From contig JALSJH010000019.1 in the NCBI GenBank assembly GCA_026989455.1, positions 14,596 to 78,595 of the forward strand: a stretch of DNA of 64,000 nt. The letters are read 5' to 3'. The translations under genes and the position numbers were made by a program. The notes beneath the pieces are model-generated. The model made no database searches. It worked only from the letters and a program-made list of their open reading frames with translations, and was not told where the DNA came from. Within the stretch, counting starts at the first letter, position 1. Each line of letters starts with the position of its first letter. Positions 40,469-50,644 of this stretch are shown piece after piece. The DNA comes from Chromatiales bacterium. Lineage in GTDB: Bacteria > Pseudomonadota > Gammaproteobacteria > RBG-16-57-12.

Positions 40469-41353
40469 CTATGCTGCCATATCCTTGACCATTGCCATGA
40501 ACTCGCTCTGTTGTGACTGAACCCGCTCAAGCACCTCTTTTGCCTTCTCTTTATCAATACCCAGCTCTGCCAGTAGCTTTTCGGTGGGGAGTTGGCTGCT
40601 GTTATCTTGCATGCCCGGCATCTTTAGTAGGCGATTGCTGAGGGCGACCAATTTTCCGTAGAGAGCATGCTCCCCATCATAGTCGGGGAAATGGTGCTCC
40701 GCCACCGCCTGAATGATCTCTTCAGGCATCTCCCAAGCACGCATTAGCTCCATGCCAACCATGTCATGAGATATACCAAATGAGTGCAGCTCGAGAGCGC
40801 GAATCTCCGTATCTGGATAGCGCTCTACCATCTTGTTGAGGTAAGCGTACTCTTCTGGATGCAGATGACCAAATAGCAGATAACCAAAGTTATGGAATAG
40901 ACCGCTGAGGTAACTGATGCCACCGTTTGGTCTGTCTTTGATACGACATTTTGCAGCTAACAGTTGACTCAATTCAGCGCAGGCTAACGCTTGTTGCCAT
41001 ATGATGGTGCGGCCAAGCGGTCCGTTATTAGTGCACAGCAGCGCTTTGCCCGATGCGAGCCCAAGGCAGAAGTGCAGCGCAACATTAAAGCCCATGACCA
41101 GCGCAATGGAATCACCGACACTCTTTATCCGATCTCCGTAACCATAGAATGACTGACGTCCGTAGCGCAATACCTGAGCGGTCAGGCTGGGGTCTTGCTC
41201 TATCACACTGACCAGCTCTTCTAGCTGTGCATTTTCGTTGTTGCGCAGCGCAAGCAGTTTACGAGCCGTTTCAGGCAGTGGCGGTAGCTGCTGGGTCTGT
41301 TGGAGTTGTTGACGGAATGAGGCGTTAAACTCCGCTTTATTGACGATTTCCAC
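40469..41353 (-). CDS. HDOD domain protein
   Basis: LPPLP, IEQDPSLTAQVL, GLFHNFG, H..VG..L..W.MP, EHH. Confidence 0.88.
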   Translation of the reverse strand: MEIVNKAEFNASFRQQLQQTQQLPPLPETARKLLALRNNENAQLEELVSVIEQDPSLTAQVLRYGRQSFYGYGDRIKSVGDSIALVMGFNVALHFCLGLASGKALLCTNNGPLGRTIIWQQALACAELSQLLAAKCRIKDRPNGGISYLSGLFHNFGYLLFGHLHPEEYAYLNKMVERYPDTEIRALELHSFGISHDMVGMELMRAWEMPEEIIQAVAEHHFPDYDGEHALYGKLVALSNRLLKMPGMQDNSSQLPTEKLLAELGIDKEKAKEVLERVQSQQSEFMAMVKDMAA

Positions 41354-41641
41354 TCTGAAGTCTCTCTTCGCAATTTGAGCAATAATTTTTAAGCGACTAT
41401 TTTTAGAGTAACTTTAGGTTTTTGTTAAATTTTCCATGCTTTAATCTCCCTTGATCTGTTTGTTGTCATGCCGTGGTTTCTATTTTTTTGGGGAAATGAA
41501 GTGTTTGAGGTGAAAGTAGGGTTGTTTGTTGCTGTTGTCTATATTTCGTTTGGCATAACGCATGTTGTAGTGTTTTAATGAGGGTAATCCTATACCTCCC
41601 AAGATAACCTGGAGAGTGATAACCAAAATGAATTCAGACAG

Positions 41642-43891
41642 ATGAATCAGACTGTTCACTATGACGAAGGTGGTGTCGAACGCCAACCACTCAAAGCGTA
41701 CGCGGAAGCGGCTTACCTAAATTACGCGATGTACGTGATTATGGATCGAGCATTGCCAAATATTGGTGATGGTCTAAAGCCGGTACAGCGGCGTATTGTT
41801 TACGCCATGTCTGAGCTGGGTTTAAAAGCGGGTGCTAAATACAAAAAATCTGCGCGTACAGTGGGTGATGTGTTGGGTAAATTTCACCCCCATGGTGACT
41901 CCGCCTGTTATGAGGCGATGGTTATTATGGCGCAGCCCTTCACATACCGCTACCCACTGGTGGATGGGCAGGGCAACTGGGGTGCGCCAGATGATCCTAA
42001 ATCATTTGCGGCGATGCGTTATACCGAGTCACGGCTCTCCGCTTTTTCTGAACTGCTGTTAAGCGAAGTCAGTCTGGGAACAGTTGATTGGTTGCCGAAC
42101 TTTGATGGTACCTTGGAGGAGCCCGCTATTCTTCCGGCGCGGGTGCCCCATGTACTGTTAAATGGCACCACCGGTATCGCGGTGGGAATGGCGACCGATA
42201 TTCCGCCCCATAATCTTCGTGAAGTGGTCACCGCTTGTATCCAGCTGCTGGAAAAACCTAAAACCACGTTGGATGAGTTGTGTGAACATATTCAAGGGCC
42301 CGATTATCCAACTGAAGCTGAAATAATTACCCCACGGTCAGATCTGTTGAAGATGTATGCCACCGGGCATGGTAGCGTGCGGATGCGTGCCTGCTGGGAG
42401 AAGGAGCAGAGTGATCTGATTATCACCGCGCTACCCCATCAGGTTTCCGGCGCTAAGGTGTTAGAGCAGATTGCGGCACAGATGCAGGCTAAAAAGCTCC
42501 CGATTGTGGAGGATCTGCGCGATGAGTCAGATCACGAAAACCCCACTCGGTTAGTGATTGTACCGCGCTCAAATCGTGTTAATGCTGAACAGTTGATGGC
42601 GCACCTATTTGCCACCACCGATCTTGAACGGACCTATCGCGCCAATATGAATGTTATTGGTCTGGATGGTCGCCCCCAAGTTAAAAATTTACACACCATG
42701 CTGAGTGAATGGCTCAGCTTTCGGGTTGCAACGGTACGTCGCCGTTTGCAGTACCGCTTGGATAAGGTGAATTCACGTCTGCACATTCTTGATGCGCTGT
42801 TAATCGCGTTCCTAAATATAGACGAGGTTATTCATATTATTCGCACCGAAGATAAGCCAAAGCCGGTATTGATATCCCGTTTCAGTATCACGCCTGAGCA
42901 GGCGGAGGCCATTCTTGAGCTTAAACTTCGTCACTTGGCTAAGTTGGAGGAGATGAAAATCCGTGGTGAGCAGAGTGAGCTGGCAAAAGAGCGGGACTTT
43001 TTAGAGAAAATTTTGGGTTCAGAGCGTCGCTTGAAGACGTTGCTGCGTAAAGAGCTTGAGTCAGATGCTGAAAAATATGGTGATGATCGTCGCTCACCGA
43101 TTGTCGAGCGCAATGCAGCTAAAGCACTGGATGAAACCGCTCTGATCAGCTCCGAAGCGATCACCGTGGTGCTTTCGGAAAAAGGGTGGGTGCGCGCCGC
43201 GAAAGGGCATGAGGTGGAGCCTCCGTCACTAAATTACAAAGCAGGGGATGGCTTTCTGGCGGCGGCGAAAGGTAAAAGTAATCAGCCGGTGTTTTTTCTA
43301 GATGACCATGGGCGTAGCTATTCGCTTGCCGCCCACACTCTGCCCTCAGCGCGAGGGCAGGGAGAGCCGCTTACTGGGCGCTTGAATCCAGCTGAAGGCG
43401 CACGATTTAGCCATGTGTTGATGGGAAGAGATGAGCAGTTATGTCTGGTTGCATCAGATGCGGGATATGGTTTTGTCACTAAATTGAGCAACCTGCACAC
43501 CAAAAATAGAGCAGGCAAGGCGCTTATTACGCTGCCTGATGCTGCGCGGCCACTTTCACCGCTGTTGTTTGGATCACCTGATCTTCTGGTCGCGGCGATC
43601 ACTAATGAAGGGCGACTGCTGATCTTTCCTGTGGCTGAGCTGCCTGAGCTATCCAAGGGGAAGGGAGTTAGAATTATCAGTATTCCAGCAAATCGGGCGG
43701 CTGAGCGTGAAGAGCTATTGATAAACCTTCAGCTGCTCAAAAAAGGTGCCACGGTTGTTGTTTTCGCAGGTCAGCGTCACTGTAAACTGAGAGGGCGTGA
43801 TTTAGAGTATTACTTTGGTGAGCGCGGTCGCCGCGGCAGTAAGCTGCCGCGAGGCTTTCAGAAGGTAGATAGAGTCGAGGTTATAGAGTAG
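41642..43891 (+). CDS. parC: DNA topoisomerase IV subunit A
   Basis: [48 protein letters not shown]. Confidence 0.97.
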   Translation: MNQTVHYDEGGVERQPLKAYAEAAYLNYAMYVIMDRALPNIGDGLKPVQRRIVYAMSELGLKAGAKYKKSARTVGDVLGKFHPHGDSACYEAMVIMAQPFTYRYPLVDGQGNWGAPDDPKSFAAMRYTESRLSAFSELLLSEVSLGTVDWLPNFDGTLEEPAILPARVPHVLLNGTTGIAVGMATDIPPHNLREVVTACIQLLEKPKTTLDELCEHIQGPDYPTEAEIITPRSDLLKMYATGHGSVRMRACWEKEQSDLIITALPHQVSGAKVLEQIAAQMQAKKLPIVEDLRDESDHENPTRLVIVPRSNRVNAEQLMAHLFATTDLERTYRANMNVIGLDGRPQVKNLHTMLSEWLSFRVATVRRRLQYRLDKVNSRLHILDALLIAFLNIDEVIHIIRTEDKPKPVLISRFSITPEQAEAILELKLRHLAKLEEMKIRGEQSELAKERDFLEKILGSERRLKTLLRKELESDAEKYGDDRRSPIVERNAAKALDETALISSEAITVVLSEKGWVRAAKGHEVEPPSLNYKAGDGFLAAAKGKSNQPVFFLDDHGRSYSLAAHTLPSARGQGEPLTGRLNPAEGARFSHVLMGRDEQLCLVASDAGYGFVTKLSNLHTKNRAGKALITLPDAARPLSPLLFGSPDLLVAAITNEGRLLIFPVAELPELSKGKGVRIISIPANRAAEREELLINLQLLKKGATVVVFAGQRHCKLRGRDLEYYFGERGRRGSKLPRGFQKVDRVEVIE

Positions 43892-43895
43892 TTTT

Positions 43896-45641
43896 ATGGC
43901 ACTGGGTGTTGTTGATCGACTGTTAAGTGTTAATTTTTCGGGGCGTGATGCGTTACCGCCACGTAATCTTGCGCTGCAATTTAATCTGCCGGTTCAAATG
44001 AGTGACAAACGCTATCGCCCCGAGCAAAACCTGAATACGCTGCAAAAAGAGTTTCGCTCCCATGGGAATACCTCTTTTGTTCAATTGGAGCTGGCTATCG
44101 AACAGCTCTCGCTGCTAGTTCGTTACAAGTGTTCAATAAAAAAACGGTTGGCGACATTAGAGCTGGTGGGCGCCGAAACATCGGCATTGATTCGCCACAT
44201 CTATATGCAATACCGAGATGAATCGGGGGTTGTTGAGAGTAATGCACGCAAACATAACCTGGAACACCTCCTAGAGTTGCTGCGCTTGTTAAATATCGGA
44301 TTCCAACAAGTATTCAGTGCTCTTTATCAGCTGCCTGAGTATCGCTATCAAAGACAACGGAAATCTCTGCGGAGTGTCGGAATGCGAATACTCGAGCTTT
44401 TCTATGTTGAACAGCGGGTGTGCGCACTGCGTTATCAGCTCTTTCCACCCCAGCGGTGGCGAGGCCTGAATCAGGTGTTTTTTGTACTTTGGTTGTGCGG
44501 TGAGGTTGATGAGCCTCAGTCGTTGATGATTGATCTGCCATGCCACCTGCGTAGTGCGGGGCTGGTGAAAAGTAAGGTAATACAAACTAGGCCACGTCAA
44601 CTGTTTGTTTTATTGCAACTTTTTGGCTTGGCTGACTGTTACACCTGGCCCAGTGACTTTGTTCAGGTTTTAGATAGTTACATAAAGCTACTGGAGCCAG
44701 AGATAGCACTCAAGCCTGATGAAGATGGTGAGGTTCCAAGTAGCCACTTGCTGACTTTTTCAAATTCAGGGCGAGCCCCTTTTTATCATCGTGTGGCGTT
44801 TCAAGGGGTAGGTTGCCTGATTGATATATCCGCCTTAAAACAGCAAATAAGTCGTGATGCTGCTTGCCTTAATGCCTTGACAGAGAGCGAGGCTCTGCAG
44901 CAAGTATCCGCTCCGCTCTCGGTTCTGAATCAAACACAGCGGCTCACCTTTGTCGAGCTGTTGCAAAACAAACTGCAACCTCAGCAGCGTCAGGATAGCC
45001 GTGATTTGATTGATGATTACCGTGACTTCTCCATTGTTTCCGGTTTTATGAACTGCTACAAAAAGCTACCTAAGAGCTGCAAAAAACCGACCAAAAAGGG
45101 CACTGTATTTGAAATTACACTGGATGAGATGCTGGATGGTCGCTCATCCGCACTGGCTGATGATAGTCGCGATATAAAAGAGGGGCAGTGGTACGTCATT
45201 AATGACTGTAAAGGGGGCGTGCTGGTGCGCGCTAAAGAGTCACGCTACCTAGTCGCCCTGGATGTGGGGCAGCTTGCACTCTTTAGCCAAGTGGTCGACC
45301 CGGGCAGCCCACCACAACTGGGCTGCATCTCCCGCCTGTTGCGATCGGGGCAGGGGGAGATTGCGGTGACACTGCAAAAGCTGACATCACAAGCTGAAAA
45401 TGTGGTGTTGCAAACGGCCTCAATGCATCAGTCGGGGGAGGCAGTTCCCGCTTTTTTGGTGCGTGCAATAAAAGGGATGGGCTGGCAACTACTGGTTCCC
45501 TCTAAATATACTGAAGTATTGAGTGACAACCGACTGTTTATGCGTCGCAGTAAGCGGCTATTTTCAGTGGCGGTGATTCAGGTTGTACGACGGCATAAGG
45601 ATTACGCGCTTCTCGATATTCAATCAACCAGCAGCGATTGA
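43896..45641 (+). CDS. Hypothetical protein, divergent FimW-like/PilZ-type paralog
   Basis: Same length (581 aa) and layout as 4855-6600; RQDSR and NDCKGG motifs. Confidence 0.55.
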   Translation: MALGVVDRLLSVNFSGRDALPPRNLALQFNLPVQMSDKRYRPEQNLNTLQKEFRSHGNTSFVQLELAIEQLSLLVRYKCSIKKRLATLELVGAETSALIRHIYMQYRDESGVVESNARKHNLEHLLELLRLLNIGFQQVFSALYQLPEYRYQRQRKSLRSVGMRILELFYVEQRVCALRYQLFPPQRWRGLNQVFFVLWLCGEVDEPQSLMIDLPCHLRSAGLVKSKVIQTRPRQLFVLLQLFGLADCYTWPSDFVQVLDSYIKLLEPEIALKPDEDGEVPSSHLLTFSNSGRAPFYHRVAFQGVGCLIDISALKQQISRDAACLNALTESEALQQVSAPLSVLNQTQRLTFVELLQNKLQPQQRQDSRDLIDDYRDFSIVSGFMNCYKKLPKSCKKPTKKGTVFEITLDEMLDGRSSALADDSRDIKEGQWYVINDCKGGVLVRAKESRYLVALDVGQLALFSQVVDPGSPPQLGCISRLLRSGQGEIAVTLQKLTSQAENVVLQTASMHQSGEAVPAFLVRAIKGMGWQLLVPSKYTEVLSDNRLFMRRSKRLFSVAVIQVVRRHKDYALLDIQSTSSD

Positions 45642-45692
45642 TTCACAACAGGGACGCTCATCTTAATTCAGAGCCTAAAACCATGGCTCACC

Positions 45693-45721
45693 CTTGAACT
45701 TTTTATTTTTATCCCCACCTA
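45693..45721 (+). promoter_or_regulatory. Sigma32 (RpoH)-type promoter of htpX
   Basis: CTTGAA-14bp-CCCCACCTA versus consensus CTTGAA...CCCCATNTA. Confidence 0.75.
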
Positions 45722-45769
45722 ATGACGCCTGAGTATCTATATTTTTAATTGTCGTTTTTGGAGCTAAAG

Positions 45770-46654
45770 ATGAAGCGCATTTTGTTATTTCTGGCAACTA
45801 ACCTTGCTATTATCCTTATTTTGAGTGTCACTCTTCGTCTGCTTGGCGTTGATTCCATTTTGGCTCAGAATGGCACCCTCGATCTGAACTCATTGTTGAT
45901 CTTCTCTGCGGTGTTTGGCTTCGGTGGCTCCTTCCTCTCCCTCGCCATCTCCAAATGGATGGCTAAACGAGCCACTGGCGCGCAGGTGATCACTCAGCCA
46001 AGTAATGAGATGGAGCAGTGGCTGGTTGATACCGTTGCGCGACAGGCTAAGCAAGCGGGTATCGGTATGCCGGAGGTGGCGATATACAACTCACCCGAAG
46101 TGAACGCCTTTGCCACAGGAATGTCACGCAACAAGGCGCTGGTTGCAGTGAGTACGGGCTTGCTTAATAACATGAGTCGTGATGAGGCCGAAGCCGTTAT
46201 GGCACATGAGGTGAGTCATGTGGCGAATGGCGATATGGTCACGCTGGCGCTGATTCAGGGCGTGGTCAATACTTTTGTTATCTTTTTTGCCCGGATCATC
46301 GGCTATTTTGTAGATCGAGTCATTTTGAAAAATGAGAGTGGCCACGGAATCGGATTTTTCATCACCTCAATTATTGCTGAAATTATCCTCGGTATTTTGG
46401 CCAGCACGATTGTCATGTGGTTCAGCCGACAGCGTGAGTTCCGCGCCGATAATGGTGGAGCGGCGCTGGCGGGTCGCGAAAAAATGATCGCAGCACTGGA
46501 GCGTTTGCAGCTACAGTCAGGGCAGCCCTCGCAACTACCAGAGCAGATGGCTGCATTTGGTATCTCGGGTGGCCTGGCAACAGGGCTGAAAAAACTTTTC
46601 ATGACCCATCCACCATTAGAAACGCGGATTGCCAGCCTGAAAGCGCAGCGTTGA
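45770..46654 (+). CDS. htpX: Heat-shock membrane protease HtpX (start placed at ATG 45770)
   Basis: [45 protein letters not shown]. Confidence 0.96.
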   Translation: MKRILLFLATNLAIILILSVTLRLLGVDSILAQNGTLDLNSLLIFSAVFGFGGSFLSLAISKWMAKRATGAQVITQPSNEMEQWLVDTVARQAKQAGIGMPEVAIYNSPEVNAFATGMSRNKALVAVSTGLLNNMSRDEAEAVMAHEVSHVANGDMVTLALIQGVVNTFVIFFARIIGYFVDRVILKNESGHGIGFFITSIIAEIILGILASTIVMWFSRQREFRADNGGAALAGREKMIAALERLQLQSGQPSQLPEQMAAFGISGGLATGLKKLFMTHPPLETRIASLKAQR

Positions 46655-46688
46655 GTGAATCTTGAATTCATATGATGAGTGACGGCAC

Positions 46689-46718
46689 CGGACTCCCACG
46701 ACCCTCCGTGGGAGTCCG
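46689..46718 (+). repeat. REP-like GC-rich hairpin after htpX
   Basis: CGGACTCCCACG-ACCCTC-CGTGGGAGTCCG, 12-bp stem, no U-tract. Confidence 0.6.
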
Positions 46719-46817
46719 TACTGTATGATAGTGGTAGCGCCGTCTGTAGATTCAGTGTGACTTCATTGACCTCACCTCTCTAGTTTAACCTCAAATGGAG
46801 CTGGTTTTGACTCCTAA

Positions 46818-46869
46818 GGAATCTCTGATTAAGCCAGCATAAAACATTCATGACTTGATCAGCGCTTCC
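46818..46869 (+). mobile_element. MITE family A, minimal copy (52 bp) with CTAA target duplication
   Basis: CTAA|GGAATCTCTGATTAAG...GACTTGATCAGCGCTTCC|CTAA. Confidence 0.88.
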
Positions 46870-46891
46870 CTAAGGCAAGGAGTAGAAAATA

Positions 46892-47377
46892 ATGAAAAGG
46901 CGTGAACTGTTAAAGGGGATGCTGGGTGTTGTGGCAGCCCCGCTAGTCACCCCCTATGCTTGGGCTGCACCCTTGTCGCTAAAGATAGAGAAAATTGTTA
47001 TGAGTGATGCAGAGTGGCGACAGCGCCTTGACCAGCAGCAGTACCAGATCTTACGCGAAGAGGGCACTGAACGTGCCGGTAGTAGTGTATTGAACGATGA
47101 GAATCGTGAAGGCCTTTACCATTGTGCAGGTTGTGATTTACCACTCTTTCACTCCGATATGAAGTATGAGAGTGGCACGGGTTGGCCGAGTTTTTTTGAT
47201 AAAATAGAGGGTGCTATTGAGACCAAACTGGACTTTAAAATGATCTACCCACGTACTGAATACCACTGCGCCCGGTGCGAGGGGCACCAAGGGCATCTGT
47301 TCAAAGATGGCCCGGAGCCTAGCGGATTACGCTATTGTAACAATGGCTTGGCACTGCGGTTTGTGGCGGCTGAGTAA
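46892..47377 (+). CDS. msrB: Peptide methionine (R)-sulfoxide reductase with Tat signal
   Basis: MKRRELLKG Tat motif; GTERA, CAGC, SGTGWPSF, HQGHLF.DGP, RYCNNG. Confidence 0.95.
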   Translation: MKRRELLKGMLGVVAAPLVTPYAWAAPLSLKIEKIVMSDAEWRQRLDQQQYQILREEGTERAGSSVLNDENREGLYHCAGCDLPLFHSDMKYESGTGWPSFFDKIEGAIETKLDFKMIYPRTEYHCARCEGHQGHLFKDGPEPSGLRYCNNGLALRFVAAE

Positions 47378-47514
47378 CCGGGCGCGAGAATTGATAGGGC
47401 TTACACTTGCAATTCACACTAAAAACAAGGTATTTTATGAGTTCCCCAGGGGTATAGGGTAAATTTCTTGGGTATGTATGAATCCATTTAAAAACGAGTG
47501 TGTGTGGGGTTGTT

Positions 47515-48474
47515 ATGGGTCAAAATGATCGGAATTCATCGGTTGCAGTTTTTATCGATGTGGAAAATATACATTATTCGACTTTGAATAGTTATGCAGA
47601 GACCCCGGATTGGTCGCGGATCGTGGATGCTTGCAAGGAGTACGGGCGAATCGCCTCGATACAGGCGTTTGGCGACTGGGTAAACTTCTCCAAAGAGGTG
47701 GCCGAAATTCAGCGAAATGGAATTCAGCCGATTTATGTTCCGCTGTCTCAGGATGGAAAATCAAGCCTCGATTGCTATTTAACGGTTTCAGCGATGAAGT
47801 TGTTTTTCCAAAACGACACCATCGATACGCTGATTCTGGCATCGGGTGATCGTGACTATATCCCCCTGATTGCTGAGCTGAAGGCGATTGGTAAACAGGT
47901 GATTATTCTCGCCGTACCCGATACCCTGTCACGGGATCTTACACGCATTGTTGATGACGTTATCTCATACACACCTCGCGCAGAAGAGAGGAGTGGTTCG
48001 CCGATTCAGGTTGTCGATAAACAGAGTGCCAGTGATTTTGTGGTGGCAACGATAGAGGGGCTGGAAAACTCTTTTAACCACCGCTGGGTTAACTTAGCCA
48101 GTATCGGCCTCGCGCTTAAAAAGCGCGATCCTCTATTTACCCATAAAAAGTTCAACTACTTGAAGCTGGTGGAGATGTTGGATGACATTCCCGAAATAGA
48201 GCTGAAATATGATAACCATGAAAAGACCATCGCCTTGGCGCGCACCGTAACCGGCAATATTGGCGAGGCATCGGAAGTGTTGAAAGGCTCCATTGTAAAC
48301 ATCAAAGATGGCTATGGTTTTATCAAACCCGATGTGGGTTGGGATAATATTTTCTTTCACTACAGCAAAGTGATTAACGGCAATTTTACCGAGTTATCGA
48401 TTGGTGACACGGTCTCATACACCATCTACAACACAGAGCGTGGTGAGAATGCGGAGAATGTGAGTCGTTTATAG
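47515..48474 (+). CDS. NYN (LabA/PIN-like) ribonuclease with OST-HTH/LOTUS and cold-shock domains
   Basis: FIDVEN, KSSLD, SGDRDY; WVNLASIG...F..KKFNYLKL; GYGFI/IFFH RNP motifs. Confidence 0.85.
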   Translation: MGQNDRNSSVAVFIDVENIHYSTLNSYAETPDWSRIVDACKEYGRIASIQAFGDWVNFSKEVAEIQRNGIQPIYVPLSQDGKSSLDCYLTVSAMKLFFQNDTIDTLILASGDRDYIPLIAELKAIGKQVIILAVPDTLSRDLTRIVDDVISYTPRAEERSGSPIQVVDKQSASDFVVATIEGLENSFNHRWVNLASIGLALKKRDPLFTHKKFNYLKLVEMLDDIPEIELKYDNHEKTIALARTVTGNIGEASEVLKGSIVNIKDGYGFIKPDVGWDNIFFHYSKVINGNFTELSIGDTVSYTIYNTERGENAENVSRL

Positions 48475-48503
48475 TCCGCCTAGTTACGGGTTAAGCGCGT
48501 ATG

Positions 48504-48531
48504 CAACGGCCACCGAATGGAGTGGCCGTTG
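48504..48531. terminator. Hairpin between convergent genes (possible terminator)
   Basis: CAACGGCCAC-8nt-GTGGCCGTTG. Confidence 0.5.
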
Positions 48532-48539
48532 TCTATTGA

Positions 48540-48623
48540 GCAAACCATGAACACGTCATTATTTTTTATACTGGCTTAGATTGTCCTCATTTATCTCCAA
48601 AATCACACCAGTAGAGTGACTGT
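48540..48623 (-). mobile_element. MITE family A, truncated decayed copy
   Basis: Matches the reverse complement of the right half of 30346-30503 (CCTCATTTATC...CACACCAGTAGAGTGAC). Confidence 0.75.
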
Positions 48624-48636
48624 AAAAATTAGCCGC

Positions 48637-50448
48637 TTAGGCACACAGCTCTCCGCAGTCAGTGCTGTCACCGCCGCCGCCACCGTTATCACCACCAGAG
48701 GATGGATTACTGACCCAAGCTGAAAGGTATTTGGTAGTCGTGCCATATTGATTGGTGAATCTAACGGTAATCAAATAGTAATCCTCGCCTACGATATTAA
48801 AGATCTCTTGAGTCAGATTGAGGGTGGTTGCTCCGGTGCCCGCAATATCAGAGCTTGCGGCAAGTTGTGTCTCGCCCCCTCCCATTGGCAGAGAGTATGA
48901 AATGGTGACGCTGTCGGCACCCTCCACATCCCAAGAGATAGTCGCACTCTGCGTGGTTGAGTCCATAGCCACGGAATAATTAAACTCATGGAGAATCGGT
49001 GTAGGCTCAGCATCGTAGGGCAGGTTAACGGTTTTTGTAACGCTATTGTTGTCTGAATCGGTTGCTGTGAGTGTAAAGGTGTACTGGTCGGCAGGGACTC
49101 CATTCAGCCCCATGGGGAATTGGGTTGACCCCGTGGCATTACCGAGCGTGGTGTTGTGTCCTTGATCTGAGGTGAGAGCCAATAACTCAGCGCTGACAGT
49201 TGACCAAGTGAAGATCGCATCGTTTCTATCAAACACCCAACGGGTATTGGATGGGTTTTGTGGGTCGAGTTCCAGTATGAAAAAGGGCTTTACCCGGCCG
49301 TTAAACGAATGAATGATGGGGGTTTCCGGGCCAGTAAACGCCAGTGTCAGAGCTCCCGCCACACCGTCACAGTTGTGGGTGGTGTTCGCCCGGTAAAGCC
49401 CATCAGGTGCAAAGGCGGTAGATTTAAGCTCTATATCAACCCCTCTAGGCATGGCGAGCGTTCTTCCACTATTAAGTAGGTTGGTAGATGCTGTGCGAGG
49501 GAAGCTGCTTGTTGTGCTGCCATGTAGCCTAGGAGTATCGGCATCGCTGGGTAGGCCGGAGGGTGTGACTGATAGAAAGCAGATCTGAGGGGCGATATCA
49601 TGGTTCCACCAGGAAAAGTGTGTAACCGTTGCCTGCAGAGCCATACCGGTGGGTGAGTCGACAGATGCGATGATGGTACCGACATTTTCTTGCAACCACT
49701 CTCCTGTGGCTTCATCCAGATACCATAGTGCGCCATCGTCACCGATCTGAACGGGAATGCCGTCGGGGTGGTTAGTGATGAAAACAGGTATTTCAATGGT
49801 GGCCGATTGGCCGCCAGCCAAGTTCAGCTCATTGCCATTTTGTGAAAAATAATACTCTACTGTGCCGTAGGACATGATGATCGGTGCGGCATCACCATTA
49901 ATATCAGTGCCGCTAAATGCACCGGGGAATACACCCAGTTCATTGTCATCGGAAACATCGACCGGTGTAATACTGAGCTGGACAGTGCCCGTCACTGGGT
50001 TGCCATTGGCATCGACCAAGGCACCTGCTGGCAAGCTAACTCGGGCACCGGAGATGCCGGTAATATCAATCGCTGCATCAGCGCTGAGAGTGATGGCGGC
50101 ACTTCTTTTGCCCAAGGTTGCGATAAAATCTGCTTGGTCATTGTTTGTTTCGAGCATAACGGTTTGTGCCGCGTAGCCGGGCTTTCTTAGGCGAACGCTA
50201 TCGGCCTTGTTTGCGGCGATGGAAAAACTGACTATGCCAGCGCTGTTGGAAGTGGCCAGCACACCATCATCGTTATAGATTTCGACACCCTCCAGAACCA
50301 GCTGGTCAGGGGTGCGTACCATGCCTGTTACGCTCACATTACTAGCCGCTGTATTGTCGGAGTCAGAATTGCTGCTGGAACAGCCGGCAATCATACTGAC
50401 TAAAAATAAAAGAGAGAGTAGCCAGGTCAGCTTGTTTCGTATATCCAT
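48637..50448 (-). CDS. Large surface lipoprotein with carboxypeptidase-regulatory-like, CILP/FAM171-like and Ig-like regions
   Basis: IAGC lipobox; KPGYA; LWYLDEATGEW; VTHFSWWNHD; YTFTLTATD. Confidence 0.8.
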   Translation of the reverse strand: MDIRNKLTWLLSLLFLVSMIAGCSSSNSDSDNTAASNVSVTGMVRTPDQLVLEGVEIYNDDGVLATSNSAGIVSFSIAANKADSVRLRKPGYAAQTVMLETNNDQADFIATLGKRSAAITLSADAAIDITGISGARVSLPAGALVDANGNPVTGTVQLSITPVDVSDDNELGVFPGAFSGTDINGDAAPIIMSYGTVEYYFSQNGNELNLAGGQSATIEIPVFITNHPDGIPVQIGDDGALWYLDEATGEWLQENVGTIIASVDSPTGMALQATVTHFSWWNHDIAPQICFLSVTPSGLPSDADTPRLHGSTTSSFPRTASTNLLNSGRTLAMPRGVDIELKSTAFAPDGLYRANTTHNCDGVAGALTLAFTGPETPIIHSFNGRVKPFFILELDPQNPSNTRWVFDRNDAIFTWSTVSAELLALTSDQGHNTTLGNATGSTQFPMGLNGVPADQYTFTLTATDSDNNSVTKTVNLPYDAEPTPILHEFNYSVAMDSTTQSATISWDVEGADSVTISYSLPMGGGETQLAASSDIAGTGATTLNLTQEIFNIVGEDYYLITVRFTNQYGTTTKYLSAWVSNPSSGGDNGGGGGDSTDCGELCA

Positions 50449-50539
50449 TTTTTCCTCCAGTGATTATTGTGGTAAGCATTCAGAAAAGTGTATGTTGATC
50501 CGTTGACATACGAGGCATACCGGTTCCATGAATGCGAAC

Positions 50540-50585
50540 ATCTTATCGAAACTCCCTGTTCGGCGCATACCAACTCTTTGGTATG
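50540..50585 (-). promoter_or_regulatory. Palindromic NarL-like 7-2-7 site plus -10 for the lipoprotein gene
   Basis: CATACCAA-CTCT-TTGGTATG (50566-50585); TAAGAT on minus strand at 50540-50545. Confidence 0.55.
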
Positions 50586-50644
50586 TGCTTCCTGAGGGTT
50601 TGTAATACACTTATCTGAAAACTAGGCGAATTTTATCGGAGCAT

